Under the pieces are notes generated by a model. That model worked only from the letters and a program-made list of their open reading frames with translations, was not told where the DNA came from and did not search any database. Below are positions 13,401-25,327 of a DNA stretch of 64,000 nucleotides, piece by piece. Positions within the stretch are counted from its first letter, which is position 1, and every line of letters begins with the position of its first letter. Both the position numbers and the translations under genes were made by a program. The DNA is from Dimorphilus gyrociliatus (lineage: Eukaryota; Animalia; Annelida). The stretch lies in assembly GCA_904063045.1 (NCBI GenBank), contig CAJFCJ010000011.1, positions 1,116,001 through 1,180,000 on the forward strand, given 5' to 3'.

Positions 13401-16400
13401 CCACTGCCATCTAGTGTAACAACGTTGTCAACATTTCGAGATAAAGTGAAAGTAAAGAGGAGAGTTAAAAAGAAAGTGCCGAAGTTAAGTGATCAAACAG
13501 CGGAAACTGATCAAAGTACGTACGACTACAGTTACTGCTTCGTAGTGACTCTTCAAAAAATTCTTAATTTTAATATATCAACGATAAACCGAGACACTAA
13601 CCTGTGCTTCGTTTAGCATCCTTCTTAACTGATCCACTTCATCTCTTAATTCTCTTATTATTCTAGCGTTAGGATCTTCGTTAACGACAGCATGGCAAAC
13701 AATTCTCTTAGCTCGATCAGCGTATCGTAAAGTTGATAATGTTTCATCATAATTATCGGCCGAAGGACTAACTGTAGCCAACATAACTGTTTTGGAGTTT
13801 CCTCCGAGATTGTCTTTTAATAGCCATGTTAATACAGAATCTCTATATGGTACGAATTTTGATGACGCTGAATCCTGCTCAGCAAGAGCAGATATAACTA
13901 AACCAAGAGTTGTTAATGACTTGTTTATATTTGAACCTTCTTTCAGGCGCTCTCCAACCGCCCCAGTCTTTTGTGCTCGTTCCGATCCGGCAAGATCGAC
14001 CAGGGAAAGTTTACTCACTTTTTCACCAGACACCTAGGGAATAAAAATGTTTTACAAATAAGAATAAATAATATAGAGTAGAAATAAAATTCAATTCGCG
14101 ATCTATTATCTTCTTTTCATTTCGATAATGGTACCGTCATTTTTTTTATAAATTATTTCTAATTTGGGTTATAATGCTTAAATTACCCATAAAAATATTT
14201 ATTACATATCCACCAGATGGCGTGTCGAGCGGTCAAAGGTCACTATAGAGTATTATTTAAAGGTGTTGTAGTATTATACAGGGCCAAGCGAAGGTTCGGA
14301 CAATCGAAAATCAACTTTAGAAACATCTTTCAATAATTATTGTAAGTAAAATTGTACATAATATGTATTTAATTCGTCTTGTAACAGTGATTGAGGTCTT
14401 AATGGGTAAAAAATCTTTAAACCTGTGAACAATATCTATTTATTTTGAATAGGCCTAGACAGGTGGAAAAATTTTTATTTTAAAAATCATATTTAGCGTA
14501 AAATGCTAAATACAAGAAGAAAGAGACAATTTTATTCTCGTATACGTTAATCTATATAGCAGCTTGCTGAAAAATTAACAGATCTCCTTAGCTGTCGATT
14601 AGTCATCTACTCTTTTTTTCGTTTCCTATTAATAAAAACTTTTGTTTTTTGTTTCTTGGTTCATAAAAGCGAATACGAATTTGTGAAATACGTTTTTTGG
14701 ATAAAACGAATACCTTAATAAATTTACAGGTTGAATAGAAATATACTGTATACATATATATATATATATGTATATATAAATTTATATATATTATACGCTA
14801 TATATCCGGTATATAACCTGTGTGTATACCTTTACTACATACAAACGTATATGCAAACTCACTTGCTATATTTATTACGTTTGATATGGATCATACGTGT
14901 TTATTTGGAAGGCGACTTATCGAAAAATAAGTTCTAATACGAGTGGATTTAATGGGTTCTTATGCAAATTTTCTGGTTTCCTAAAATATTTTAAGTATAG
15001 GATTTCAGCGCAATTACTTTGAGAAGACAATACACACAAAAGGAAATAAAGAATCCATTCAAACTATTTTACATACGTCATAATAACTGCTCTACTATTT
15101 GAGATAACTTATATCACTTGTCAATCGAGAGGACTAGCTACTAGCTACTCGGATTGAACTTACATTAATAAATATACATTTGTTTCTAATTAACTAATTT
15201 CCTCATTTAAACAAGATTAATATATATCCGTGCACCGGCAATTACTAATGAAAGAAATAAGATTTGTAATAAAATTCCGACCTCTTCAGCCTAATCACTT
15301 GCGTCGGTATATAGTGTTTACAAATTCGTAATTTCAAGAGATCCTTCTTCAGAGAAAGATAAAAAAAAAGTGCTTTTTTTGCGTTTTACAAAATATCTTA
15401 ATTGGTTGGTTAATTAGTTTGTGTTTTTTTTACAAAATTCAATTAGAATAATACTGTTAAGTACTTTTTTAATATTAAAGCCAGGTGTTTGCCAATTTTG
15501 TCAACTGATATTCTCACAGCAGAAACATTTTTGTTTTTGATCCTCTTAAACAGTTAAGTTAAAAATAAATAGCTATAATAGTGGGATTAAACACCGGTAA
15601 TATTTTTAGCGTGACAAACAGTCTCGGCTTGACATAGGTTAAAAGTTCGTTGTCTTGGTAACGTATAATAAGTAAGCAATGGACATAAGGTGTTGCGCGA
15701 CTCTTCATCAAGATTCAACAGTTATAAGCTGCTGGATAGAAATTATCTTTGCTTAAATATTGTTTAAGCCAGTATGATTTAAAAATTGTAAAGAAAAAAG
15801 TTTGAGTAAACACCGATAAGAGATAAGAAATACTACCATTAGTTGCTTTTGCAGGTTATGACCTGGTTAGGTGCGTTTTTCGGCTTTTTACTGTTTTATT
15901 CTGATTTGGTTCTGTGCGAGGACTTCTCAGGAGCCGCAATTGATATTTATGGTTAGTGTTTAGGAAACAATGTTACAAATACCTTATATAAATAATGATT
16001 ATAAGCTCATCGATATCAAATAACTTTTGCAGACTCAAAAAGGGATATGACACAAAGCACTAGTCAACCGATCATACAGCTTAACAATGTAACTGTATCG
16101 CTTACAAATACCAATGAATCAGACACAACGGCTAACCTATATGAAACACAGACTGCACATAAACAGCCCAGCGTTTGGCAAACAACAGATTCGGGCCAGA
16201 GAAAACAAACGAGTTTAAATACTCAGACTACGCCCGAAAAGAGTACCATCACCACCTTACAAAGTCGCTTAACAAGCAAGCGCGTAAGCCAAACAATATT
16301 TTATCGTCTGTTTGAAGCACTTACAACTGAAAGACAAAGGACAATGTTGAAATCAACTCAACGAACAACCCAAGTTGAAATTAGTAGCGAGGCAACAACA

Positions 16401-19400
16401 ATTGGTTTTAAAAGTTCGATCCAAAAGAAAACATCGATAACCTCTCTTGGCACAGAATTTCCACTAGAAAGTAGCACCAAAGAGAGAGAAAAAGCCTCTT
16501 CAAGGCAGACAAGTACGCTTTGTTATTCCTTAAATTTGTTTATTTACCTCAAAAAAATTTTTTTGCTCATTCAGACAGAATAACTACTGCTACTCAATCG
16601 ACTATTAAAGAGGTTCGGACGACGGTTCCTGCTGTGAATCCAGATCATTCAAGAACAACATCTGAATCAGAATTGCTATCAAATGGAGCTTTAATAGCAA
16701 TAGTGGCTGGCTCCATAATTATATTCGTGCTTTTAATGACTGTGTGCATTTTATTATGTAAGTGTAGGAGTCGGAACAAGAAAATGCACTGCGAAAGAGA
16801 GGAAAGAAAAATGTTCATAACACCCACCGATCTAGGAGAGCACTCTCTCTTTATGGAGACAGCAAGGGCTAGTGTCATAAAAACTGACTTTGAAAAAATA
16901 ACATCTGACTACGAGTTGCCAAACGAAGAAATTGACGAAAAAACACCTATTAATCAAAATGAAGACGATCAAGAAATTGACTTAAGAGAATCCTCGAAGT
17001 TTGTCTTAGAAGTCTTTCATGATCTCAATCTTGATAACGATATACCTCAATTCAATTACGAATGCAACACGTTTACAAGGAGAAAACCTGAAGAAATTCA
17101 ACAACCAAAAATTCGTAAAACGACAGAAAACTTTATTACTACTCATTTATGACAAAAATGTTAGTCGAATGAGATTCCAAAAACGGATTTTTTTCCATTA
17201 TTGTTAAGCATCTGCATACTATTTTGAAGCTGGTTTTTCGTATCTAACTTGTTACACTAACTTATGTTATTCGTTCCAATGCCCCAAAAGTAAAAAGATA
17301 CTTTTACTCCATAAATCAAATGTAGTCAATCGCACACAATAGGCGGTTGTAGAGAACGAAAAGTGCCGTTTCGTACTTACCGTCTAAACTAAATTCCAAA
17401 GATACAAGAAAATAAAGTGGCCCACTTTATATCACTACCTTTATTTTATCATAGAGGCTGAACATATTTTTGTTCAAGAGATACTTTTATGAGAGAAAAT
17501 TGAAATACTTCCCGTCACAATAGTAGCTCTCCTATTATCATGCTAATTTGTAGGGAAATAGGCGAGATATTTAATTTTACTACTATTACTATATCCTGAG
17601 GAAGAAGAGATAAAGAAAAATCGAAAATAAATTGGTTCCAGCACGAATCTTTCACTATTTATCTCTATGTATCTTTCCAAGTGATCAAGAAAAGAAACTT
17701 CTCTCTCGTATTAAAGTATGCAGATTCAAAAAGATGAAAATTTATATATGCATTTGAGATATTTTTTTTGCATGACTTCTGCCAAAATCTACTCCATAAA
17801 CCATATTTTGAATTCCTCCATGTAATCCACTTGAATCTATCTGAGATTCTTTATTACCAACTTTTTTCTTTTTCTTGAATAGTTTACATTTAGCGCACCA
17901 TTTGATAAAAACCACACAGGCATGAACTAATATAACAATAAGAAGAAGTGACCCTAAAATTACGGCGACAACAATTTGAGTTTTTGAAGCTTCTTGAGAG
18001 GATTTTTTTGATGTTGATAACATGGACGTCATCCTAATAATGAGAGCTACGGGAATTGTTCATATTGATTTTGCAATTGTCGCTACTGGAGTTTTTATTG
18101 CATTAAGGTAATTTAAGATTTTAGGCTAAGTCTTAAGGGTTTAGGTAATTGGAGGAAACATTATTTATCGAAGAGGTAGATGAAATTTAGTTATACTCTC
18201 TATAATTGTCGCCCGGCGAGTATACTCGTGGCTAGTAGTGACATCTGCATTCAGTTAGAGTGTTACTCTGTCAAGGAACTTCACAGTTCACTGCCTTCTA
18301 ATCCTAGAAGAATTGGATTGAACAGATGCGACAGAGCGTAACAATTGCTGCTTTACGGTTTTTTTATCCTTTAAGTGATGAGATGATCCAATTTCCCTTA
18401 AATATAGATGGCAAATAGAGTCATAAGCGAATCCTTATTAATACCAGAATTTTGAGCAAAAGATTGGTTGTTCGAAGGAACAGTATAAATTTTTATAAAT
18501 ATTTATACTCGTATGTATTATGCATGTAATTTCTTTTCTATATCGCGAGATACTTTACTATGGAATAATCTCAGCTTCTAAATTTCGATAAATGGCCTCC
18601 AGTGAGTAAAAAACTGCTAGATAAATGTGTTCCATTTGAGAGGGAGAGAAATAACAGCGCTAGCCGTTTAAAAGTCGATTGGTTTACTTCGTTTACAGTG
18701 AAAGGTAATTATATTTACGCTACATATTTTACTACTTACTCCAAAACTATACACATGTTACTCTTTATTCAGTTGTTAACTAAATCTTACCAGGAAGCTC
18801 AGTTGATTCAATTCGCTTCCTACCGGATCTTAACTATCATTCCATTTAAGTGGCTGCTCACAAATTTTCTATGGACTGCGAAATTCTAAAAAGAATTCCA
18901 CATGACTATACTAGAGAATGCTTTGACCCGATTGACACGTCCGTTGTCATAGAGACGCTTTTACAAGATTAGCCTACCATTTCGTTCTGAGCGTAGTCGC
19001 TCTACTGGAAACCTTATAAAATAGAAGGACGCCCTGAGCGCCTAGCTTACTTCCTCTTTTTAAAAATGATAAAGGAAGCGTTATGTATCCATGGGAACTC
19101 TCGGGGAAGTTGAATGCGCAAATTTTTCCGCAAGGTACTTACCCCTGTTTCTTTATCCGTCAATGTCTGAGTTAAGGTAATAGTAAAAACTGCATGCGAC
19201 CTTGAGCTTTCGCTATTCATATTTGTTGCAGCCACTGTTCGTGATTTATTGCCTTCCATCATCAATTTGTCAACATCCTGTTGCAAGAGAAATACAATGA
19301 GAAAGTTAATTCTAATTACTCTTATTAAATTGATTTTTTTCTGAAATTATATTTGTTTGATAAACATTTGTTTGAAGAAAAAAGCGTTTGAAGCCAGTTG

Positions 19401-22400
19401 GAGAGTTCGTATATTTGCTAGATTACAAGCTAGTTTTGTATAAATTGGAAATTAATTGTAAATTTTTTAAATGACTATTATAAAGCTGTCAAATGTTGAA
19501 AATGTTCTATTAACGACTGAACATAAGGTAATGAAAAAATTTTAAAAAGGAACACTATATTTTTTTTAGGATTACTACAATTACCCATATGAAAGATAAA
19601 ACAAAAATTCGATATTGTGTCTAAAAATAAAATTCACTTAAAAGTAGCATCGGGTAAATACGGGATAAATCGTGCTACGAACAGTCGCGTAAACTAATGA
19701 AGTCGATAAGAATAATAGTAGGAAGAAAATTATTCGATATTATTTCTCTTACAGTAATATTATCGAAGAAAAAAGTGTTTTTTTTAACAGTTTCAAAAAA
19801 CCAGCGAAATAATAATGTAGTAAGTTAAAGGAAAGCGTTACGTTGTTATAATTAATATAGTAAGAAGGTTACACAGTTCAAAAAAAACTTACATCAAAGC
19901 TTGAAACTGCAAGAGTCGATAATCCATCAACGTAGGGCCCAAGTATGTTATGCTCCCTAACCTTAAGATTATGTTTTCTGTGGTATATTAACACATACAA
20001 TATTAATTTTCATAAAGCATAAAAGGGTCATAAGGTTTTGACATATCATCAAACTACATCTTTTCGACGGGGTCTTTGACGTAAAGTACTAAAGTTATAT
20101 AAATTGTCATTAACTACCAATTCAGAGCCGGTTTTATTTTTCACAAAGAGAAAGAAAACCTGGCCTTTTTCCTACATGAGACTGTATCATATTTGCACAT
20201 TTTTAAGTGATTAAATCTTTACCCTTTCGGATCCAAGAGATCTCTGACTTTTTCACAATAAATCTCCATATAAGAGACTTCAGTTTTGTATTCAGTTTCA
20301 ACATCATTGGCTTCACTTACAACGCGAACGAACAACTGATCGCATAATCTTGGAATTAGACCCTTATCTTGCATCGTTCCCATCATCGTATAGCTTTTAC
20401 CCGATCCTGGAAGCGGAAGAAAGAAATAATGTGTATTAAAGATACAAAGATATTTAGATGGAAACAAACCGGTTTGACCGTAGGCAAATATACAAGCATT
20501 ATATCCCTCAAATGCCCTTTCTAGTATATCCGACCCTAACTCGTCATATACTTTCATCTGGCTAGCGAATTTATCTAAAAAGTAACAATAAACAGAGAAT
20601 TAATATAGTCAATAAAACCAATTTAAAATTAAGAGGATAAAAGTGATATCCGGAGGCGTTTTCCGCCCAAATTTTAAATTGAAGAGATTGTGATAGATCT
20701 TACCAGGATTCTTCGGGTCCATTGACCAGAAACAATGATCAAATGCAAACGTTTTAGGGGCCTTTTTACCGCCACTATTAGGTGTAGATACTTCATTGCT
20801 GTAGGGAATGTATAAAAACACAAAGTGAACTTCTTGTCTGACAAGTAAGCCAACAAATGCATTATAGTTGCTATTCTAGTTTCGCTACAGGAACTAAATT
20901 TCCTACGAAAGAATTCTAATTAATGATAGTGGGCTCTACTCTACTTTGGACGTACTATGATCACCGGAACCTTGTCAGTTAAGTTATTGAATCACATAAG
21001 ACATTTTACATCCTAGATCACTTTTCCTCTCTTGCAATTTTCAAATAACCATATCTTTGTTCGTTAAGGAGGGTAGAGGAATAATAGTCACGTAATGTAT
21101 CAACTATATAATAGATATTGCGAATAATAAAAAATGCGAACAAAATTGTATTTTCTTCAGCAAATAAGCTGATGCTCAATGATTTTTTTGTATTTCATCT
21201 ACATTCAGACTTGAAACGATATACCACTTTGCAATCATCAATCGCCATACTAACATTTTTAAGTTACAATGTAAAGTATCGTTAATATCTTTATCTGGTT
21301 TTATAAATCAGATAATCCTACGACTTGACACAACTCTTACAACGCAAGAACTATAGAAAAATCAATCATTATTTCCTAACTTGGGCATTCTCGTCATTTT
21401 TGAAGCTTAAATAAAATCAACATATCCGAAATTATTCTATGGACGAATTTTAGAGAAGAGAAGAAGAACTCAAATAGGCTTTAAAATCCGTAAATTACAT
21501 CAATTTTCTTCAGTAAAAGGTCGAATTCGTTAGACAAACCAGCTTTAACCTTACTGCAATCCCCTAATTAGGTTTGTCAACAAACAGATGTTTGTACAGA
21601 GATTTTGTTTAGCTTTCTTAACTAAATGGAACAAACAACCTCGTTTTCACAGATTTTCATTCTTAAGAGAGACAGTAAATATAATATAACTGTATACTCG
21701 TCATACAACCGTAAGAAAACGGTCTTCAGCACTGACATATTCCCTATTCGAGACATAAATTGGATAAGAATTTATCGGTAGATTAAACTGAAGGCAACTT
21801 TATCCCTAACTTCTTTTTTATTATGTGCTATCTACTTAATCATTTAAGATAACCTTGCTGCTAACAATAACGCGATGGGTACACTAACGTAAGGACTGGA
21901 TAAAATATTTGTAATGTCAAGGCCATGAAAAAAAGTCGATAACTTTGCAGTAGACGCTCTGTGATGCCGCAGTGACCGATTAGATGGACCTAATCGGCAT
22001 TAAGTTGACAGGAAATTTTCTTAAGTAGAACGAACAAAAAATTGGAAATACATTATTTTCATTGATAAATCCGTACATGAAGCCTTAAGAAAAGAAGAAT
22101 AATTCAAGAGTTATTTATTTAAGCCATCCGTGTAAATGTCTGCTACTCTCTCCCTCAAATAAGTGTTGCTTGAGGAGTAGAGCTTCAGGGTTTATTTCCA
22201 AAAATGTGCAAAATAAAAATATGATATTTAAGAACACGCAACAGTACAATTAAATTGAAATCAATCAGGCTAACATAGCTAATAAAAACTAATCAATAAA
22301 GGCGTCTGGCTTTAAAAAGAACAACCGACGACGCTCCTGCAAACTTAATCAATCCGGGGTAATATATCAGAAATCCTTGAAAATGTCTTATTAAATAATT

Positions 22401-24331
22401 AAATAAATTTAAAATACTGTGTGTAACAACTAAAATAATTAAATACGTTGTTATAGACAATGGGCTGATCAAGAACAGCAAAAGTGGCTTAGAGATTACT
22501 TTTTAGAAATCAATATCTTAAGATATTGTATAGACCGTTATGTAGCCCCATTTAAACGTCTATCCAAAGAATTAAGGCCTAAAGCCATTTACACAAATTT
22601 TCAGAATCTGAGTACACTTGATATTACGATAAGCATACATATAAATATTCTATATACATATTTTTATTGTTTATATAAATATAATAGGATGTATGGGCAA
22701 TAAATACGGAATATAATTATGAATGTATTGATGTGATTTGAGTCGGGAAAATGAATTTGATTATATATATATAGTATATATATATGTATTTACTATTTAA
22801 GTTTGTATGTATATATAGATATGCTACAAATATTTCTCTAGCTTCTATTCTGATTTATAGCTCAAGACATCAGTGCGCACCTGCTCTAGATGATAATAGA
22901 AAGAAAATTTAATATGAAAAAAAAGAAAATATTAGTTTTCCTATGCTCTTTAGCGTTGTCAGTCATTCCATGAAAAATATATTTTTAATTAGTATGTTAT
23001 GATTTTAATTAAAGAATGTACATTTAGATTTTGGCCTTATGAACTGCAGAATGTTGCATTGCTTACTTAGGAAAGATATCAGATAAACTCTAATTGTCAA
23101 AACTAAACCGAAAAAATAGAGAAAAGGCGTCTCCATAGCGACGTTCGTCGAAATAACTACATTCTGTCACAGTCGCTTATTAAGTTAAGTATTGAGGGTA
23201 TTACAGTGCCCGTCTCCTTTTTTACTGACTGATGTTCTAAATATAAGAAACTTTGCCATAGATCATTAGGGTTAATCGAAAAGGGGCGTCGAAAGTAGGG
23301 AAATGAAGACGACACATGTTATTGAGCAAGCATTATTGATTATGCTGAAAGATGACGGCGATAGTTTGTCAAAACGTGTCAGAATCTCCGTGAGTAGAAT
23401 TTTTTGTCTATTCTTTACGAAAGTCTTCGCTAACGTACAATACTTCTCACAAATGGAACAAGAACGTAAACAGGTGTCACTTTCCTCTTTTCCAAAGCCT
23501 ATGCTCGTTCTAAACAAAGGCGAGTAACTTAAAAGGAAAATTGCCGAGTAAGAGACACGTAAAGGTAGTTTCTATATTTACTAGCCCAATAAACGTAACG
23601 AATCGACTGAAAATCCATAAAACTGACTAGAATCCCCTTTGATGAAAAGCAACAAAAAAGAATGAAATGAAAAATTTTATAGAAATATCGATCACGTGGT
23701 CAGACTGTCAAGATGTATCAATTTTTGAGGAAAGGATGAAAAAGAAAATATTTGGAAAGCTCGTATATGTTTACTAACATTTTTGTATATTTATTTTACG
23801 GATCTTTATCTGCAGAAGGTAAACTGAGTTCAGGCCTTGTATTTTATACAAAAGCTCAAAGACTTTAAGGCTTTTGTATCTGCTTTAAGTTGTTAATCAT
23901 TTCAATAGATCGTTTTTTGACACTAACAACCTTTTCCTTAAAAAGAATCTAATTGCGTTTTCAATGTTTGAAATTACCTTTCTTTAATCTTACAAGCTGA
24001 AGGATGATAAAGGAGAGTTTGTCTAAGTTCCATATCAACCACGCATTTCGTTCCAAGTTCATTTTCTAAAGGAAAAAATGGAATATTGCATGATTTTATG
24101 CTAATTACAAAATGCTAGTTTTAAAAAAGTATTATAAGCCAATTCGGATATTTATTTTTTACATTATTATTATCTACAGCAATGTGATTTTATTAAAAAG
24201 TTATTACAAATGGATATTTTTAATTCTACTTCTGAGAAGCGAACAAAATAATATTCTAGCAGACGACACTTACCTCTTCTATTAAAAGGTCTTACGCGAA
24301 CGGCAACTTTAACTTTATCCGTCGATGTCAT
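4471..24331 (-). CDS. KIF13B: Kinesin-3 motor, KIF13B/Khc-73 type (motor, FHA, MAGUK-binding stalk, C-terminal CAP-Gly), about 1730 aa, 18 exons
   Basis: Exons (minus): 24331-24274, 24065-23978, 20798-20704, 20574-20470, 20406-20223, 19977-19893, 19277-19143, 14033-13602, 10749-10639, 9852-8423, 8350-7333, 7154-7065, 6999-6869, 6800-6713, 6436-6301, 6203-6156, 5510-5392, 5310-4471; sum 5193 nt, in frame. Motifs: [15 protein letters not shown]-loop GQTGSGKSY, switch [10 protein letters not shown], switch [30 protein letters not shown] plus FHA, CAP-Gly GKNDGSV. Confidence 0.95.
13098..13616 (+). CDS. Probable last exon of a nested single-pass membrane protein (upstream exons unresolved)
   Basis: 172-codon ORF in KIF13 intron 10750-13601 with a hydrophobic segment ([23 protein letters not shown]) followed directly by a basic stop-transfer ([10 protein letters not shown]). 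The last 15 nt overlap a KIF13 exon antisense. No phase-consistent 5' exon identified with confidence. Confidence 0.4.
   Translation: MFVYIVMEYDFANATAKTLRFVYTSPFFQTLSNQSLLGSVEFNKWSIITVSIPLTFTTFVLGFLCYLRNKKRRYRRRQFRAKRVRHTKKDVAVPRETFQTKPLPSSVTTLSTFRDKVKVKRRVKKKVPKLSDQTAETDQSTYDYSYCFVVTLQKILNFNISTINRDTNLCFV
14210..14224 (+). promoter_or_regulatory. CTCF-like binding motif
   Basis: CCACCAGATGGCGTG, a close match to the bilaterian CTCF core consensus, in a KIF13 intron upstream of the nested mucin-like gene. Confidence 0.5.
15858..17152 (+). CDS. Nested mucin-like type I membrane protein, about 383 aa, with C-terminal class I PDZ-binding motif (TTHL)
   Basis: Exons 15858-15951, 16033-16512, 16575-17152 (phase 1,1; 1152 nt). 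Signal peptide [20 protein letters not shown], Thr/Ser/Gln-rich ectodomain, [25 protein letters not shown], basic juxtamembrane CKCRSRNKK, about 95-aa tail ending FITTHL. Lies in KIF13 intron 14034-19142 on the opposite strand. Confidence 0.75.
17742..18032 (-). CDS. Possible small single-pass membrane protein or its last exon, nested in a KIF13 intron on the same strand
   Basis: 96-aa ORF with TM ([24 protein letters not shown]), basic cluster KLFKKKKK and a tail containing IQNMVYG. A candidate acceptor (ttattag) lies just before the ATG; no upstream exon resolved. Confidence 0.4.
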   Translation of the reverse strand: MTSMLSTSKKSSQEASKTQIVVAVILGSLLLIVILVHACVVFIKWCAKCKLFKKKKKVGNKESQIDSSGLHGGIQNMVYGVDFGRSHAKKISQMHI

Positions 24332-24475
24332 GATTAACTAAATATATCCACGACCACCTAATCAGTTCGGTTCAATATAAAAGATTAGCGTTAATCCAAA
24401 AACTGGGCGGTTTCACTTTGTTTTATCCATTTTTGAAAGGAAGATTCATGAGCTGTACGTCGTCGAATTATTCAC

Positions 24476-24531
24476 GCCGCCATTTTGAATACGAAAATAA
24501 CGGTGCACTGAGAGAAAAAGTAGTCACATGA
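24476..24531. promoter_or_regulatory. Probable KIF13 promoter elements: YY1-type motif and E-box
   Basis: GCCGCCATTTTG at 24476-24487 (CAAAATGGCGGC on the KIF13 sense strand) and GTCACATGA at 24523-24531, 145-200 nt upstream of the KIF13 ATG. Motif match only. Confidence 0.4.
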
Positions 24532-24794
24532 TTAACTATCTGGTTGATTTAGCATTGAATAAAATCTTATTTTAGGCTAAAATTTAGACATTTTACAAAT
24601 GAAAAGTGCAAGATTTCTATTTTTTCTATTCAGATTAATAGTTTTTTGCATACTTTATAGTTACTTGTAAAGATTCAGATTATTCTTCTAATTTTCCCTT
24701 GTAGCATATAATTTGTCAGTTTGATTTTTCATCTTTGCTTGTATATGGTAAAAAAGAGAAAGAGTTACACATCGCTCCTTCCTCTTTATATGTT

Positions 24795-25327
24795 TTATAT
24801 TCTTTTAAATATCCCTTCGTACAATATGTCTAAATTACTTCGGAATGTATGCCAATTGGGGTTGGAGAATTCGTTAATTAAGAGTTGTCGTATAAAGTCT
24901 CCATTTTTAGACGAGTGAAGGACTCCTTCAACATATATGAACAACTTTTCGAAAGGGTCTTAAATATTTCCTTATTATTGACTCTCTTATACACTTTCCG
25001 ATACTTGATATACTATTTAGCCCTAATTGAAGTTGAAGAAACTGGACGGAACGTTTATGGATTAATACACTTAATAATTCACAAGTTCGTTCTGGTCTAA
25101 TCAGATGGTGCATCCTCTATAATTAAACTTGAAACAAACATGATATAGCTACGCTTCTCAATACCTTAAGTTATATCTTCAAGTTAGATGAACTTTAGTG
25201 TATCGAGCTCTCAACTGGAATTTTTTCCAAGCTTTCCTGTTTGCAAAGGGGAAGAAAGGGATGTAGGTTTCGTTTGTACTATAAAAAGTCGACAACCTCC
25301 GAGAAATCCTACTTCTTTTATCATCTC
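24795..25327 (-). CDS. Candidate 3' exons of an unrecognised spliced gene
   Basis: Exons 25327-25194, 25116-25014, 24958-24795 join in frame (about 130 aa, ...YSTNETYIPFFPFANRKAWKKFQLRARYTKRMHHLIRPERTCELL...FEKLFIYVEGVLHSS...LYEGIFKRI*). One donor (GTTCAT) is weak, no start exon was found and no family was recognised. Confidence 0.25.

Noticed and set aside
14731-14937. YI-rich ORFs (also 30333-30554, 38769-38960, 58274-58504)
   Set aside because: They are translations of (TA)n tracts and have no splice or domain support.
21963-22000. 8-bp perfect hairpin CCGATTAG-ATGGAC-CTAATCGG
   Set aside because: Too short for a miRNA or snoRNA precursor; such stems are expected by chance in 64 kb.
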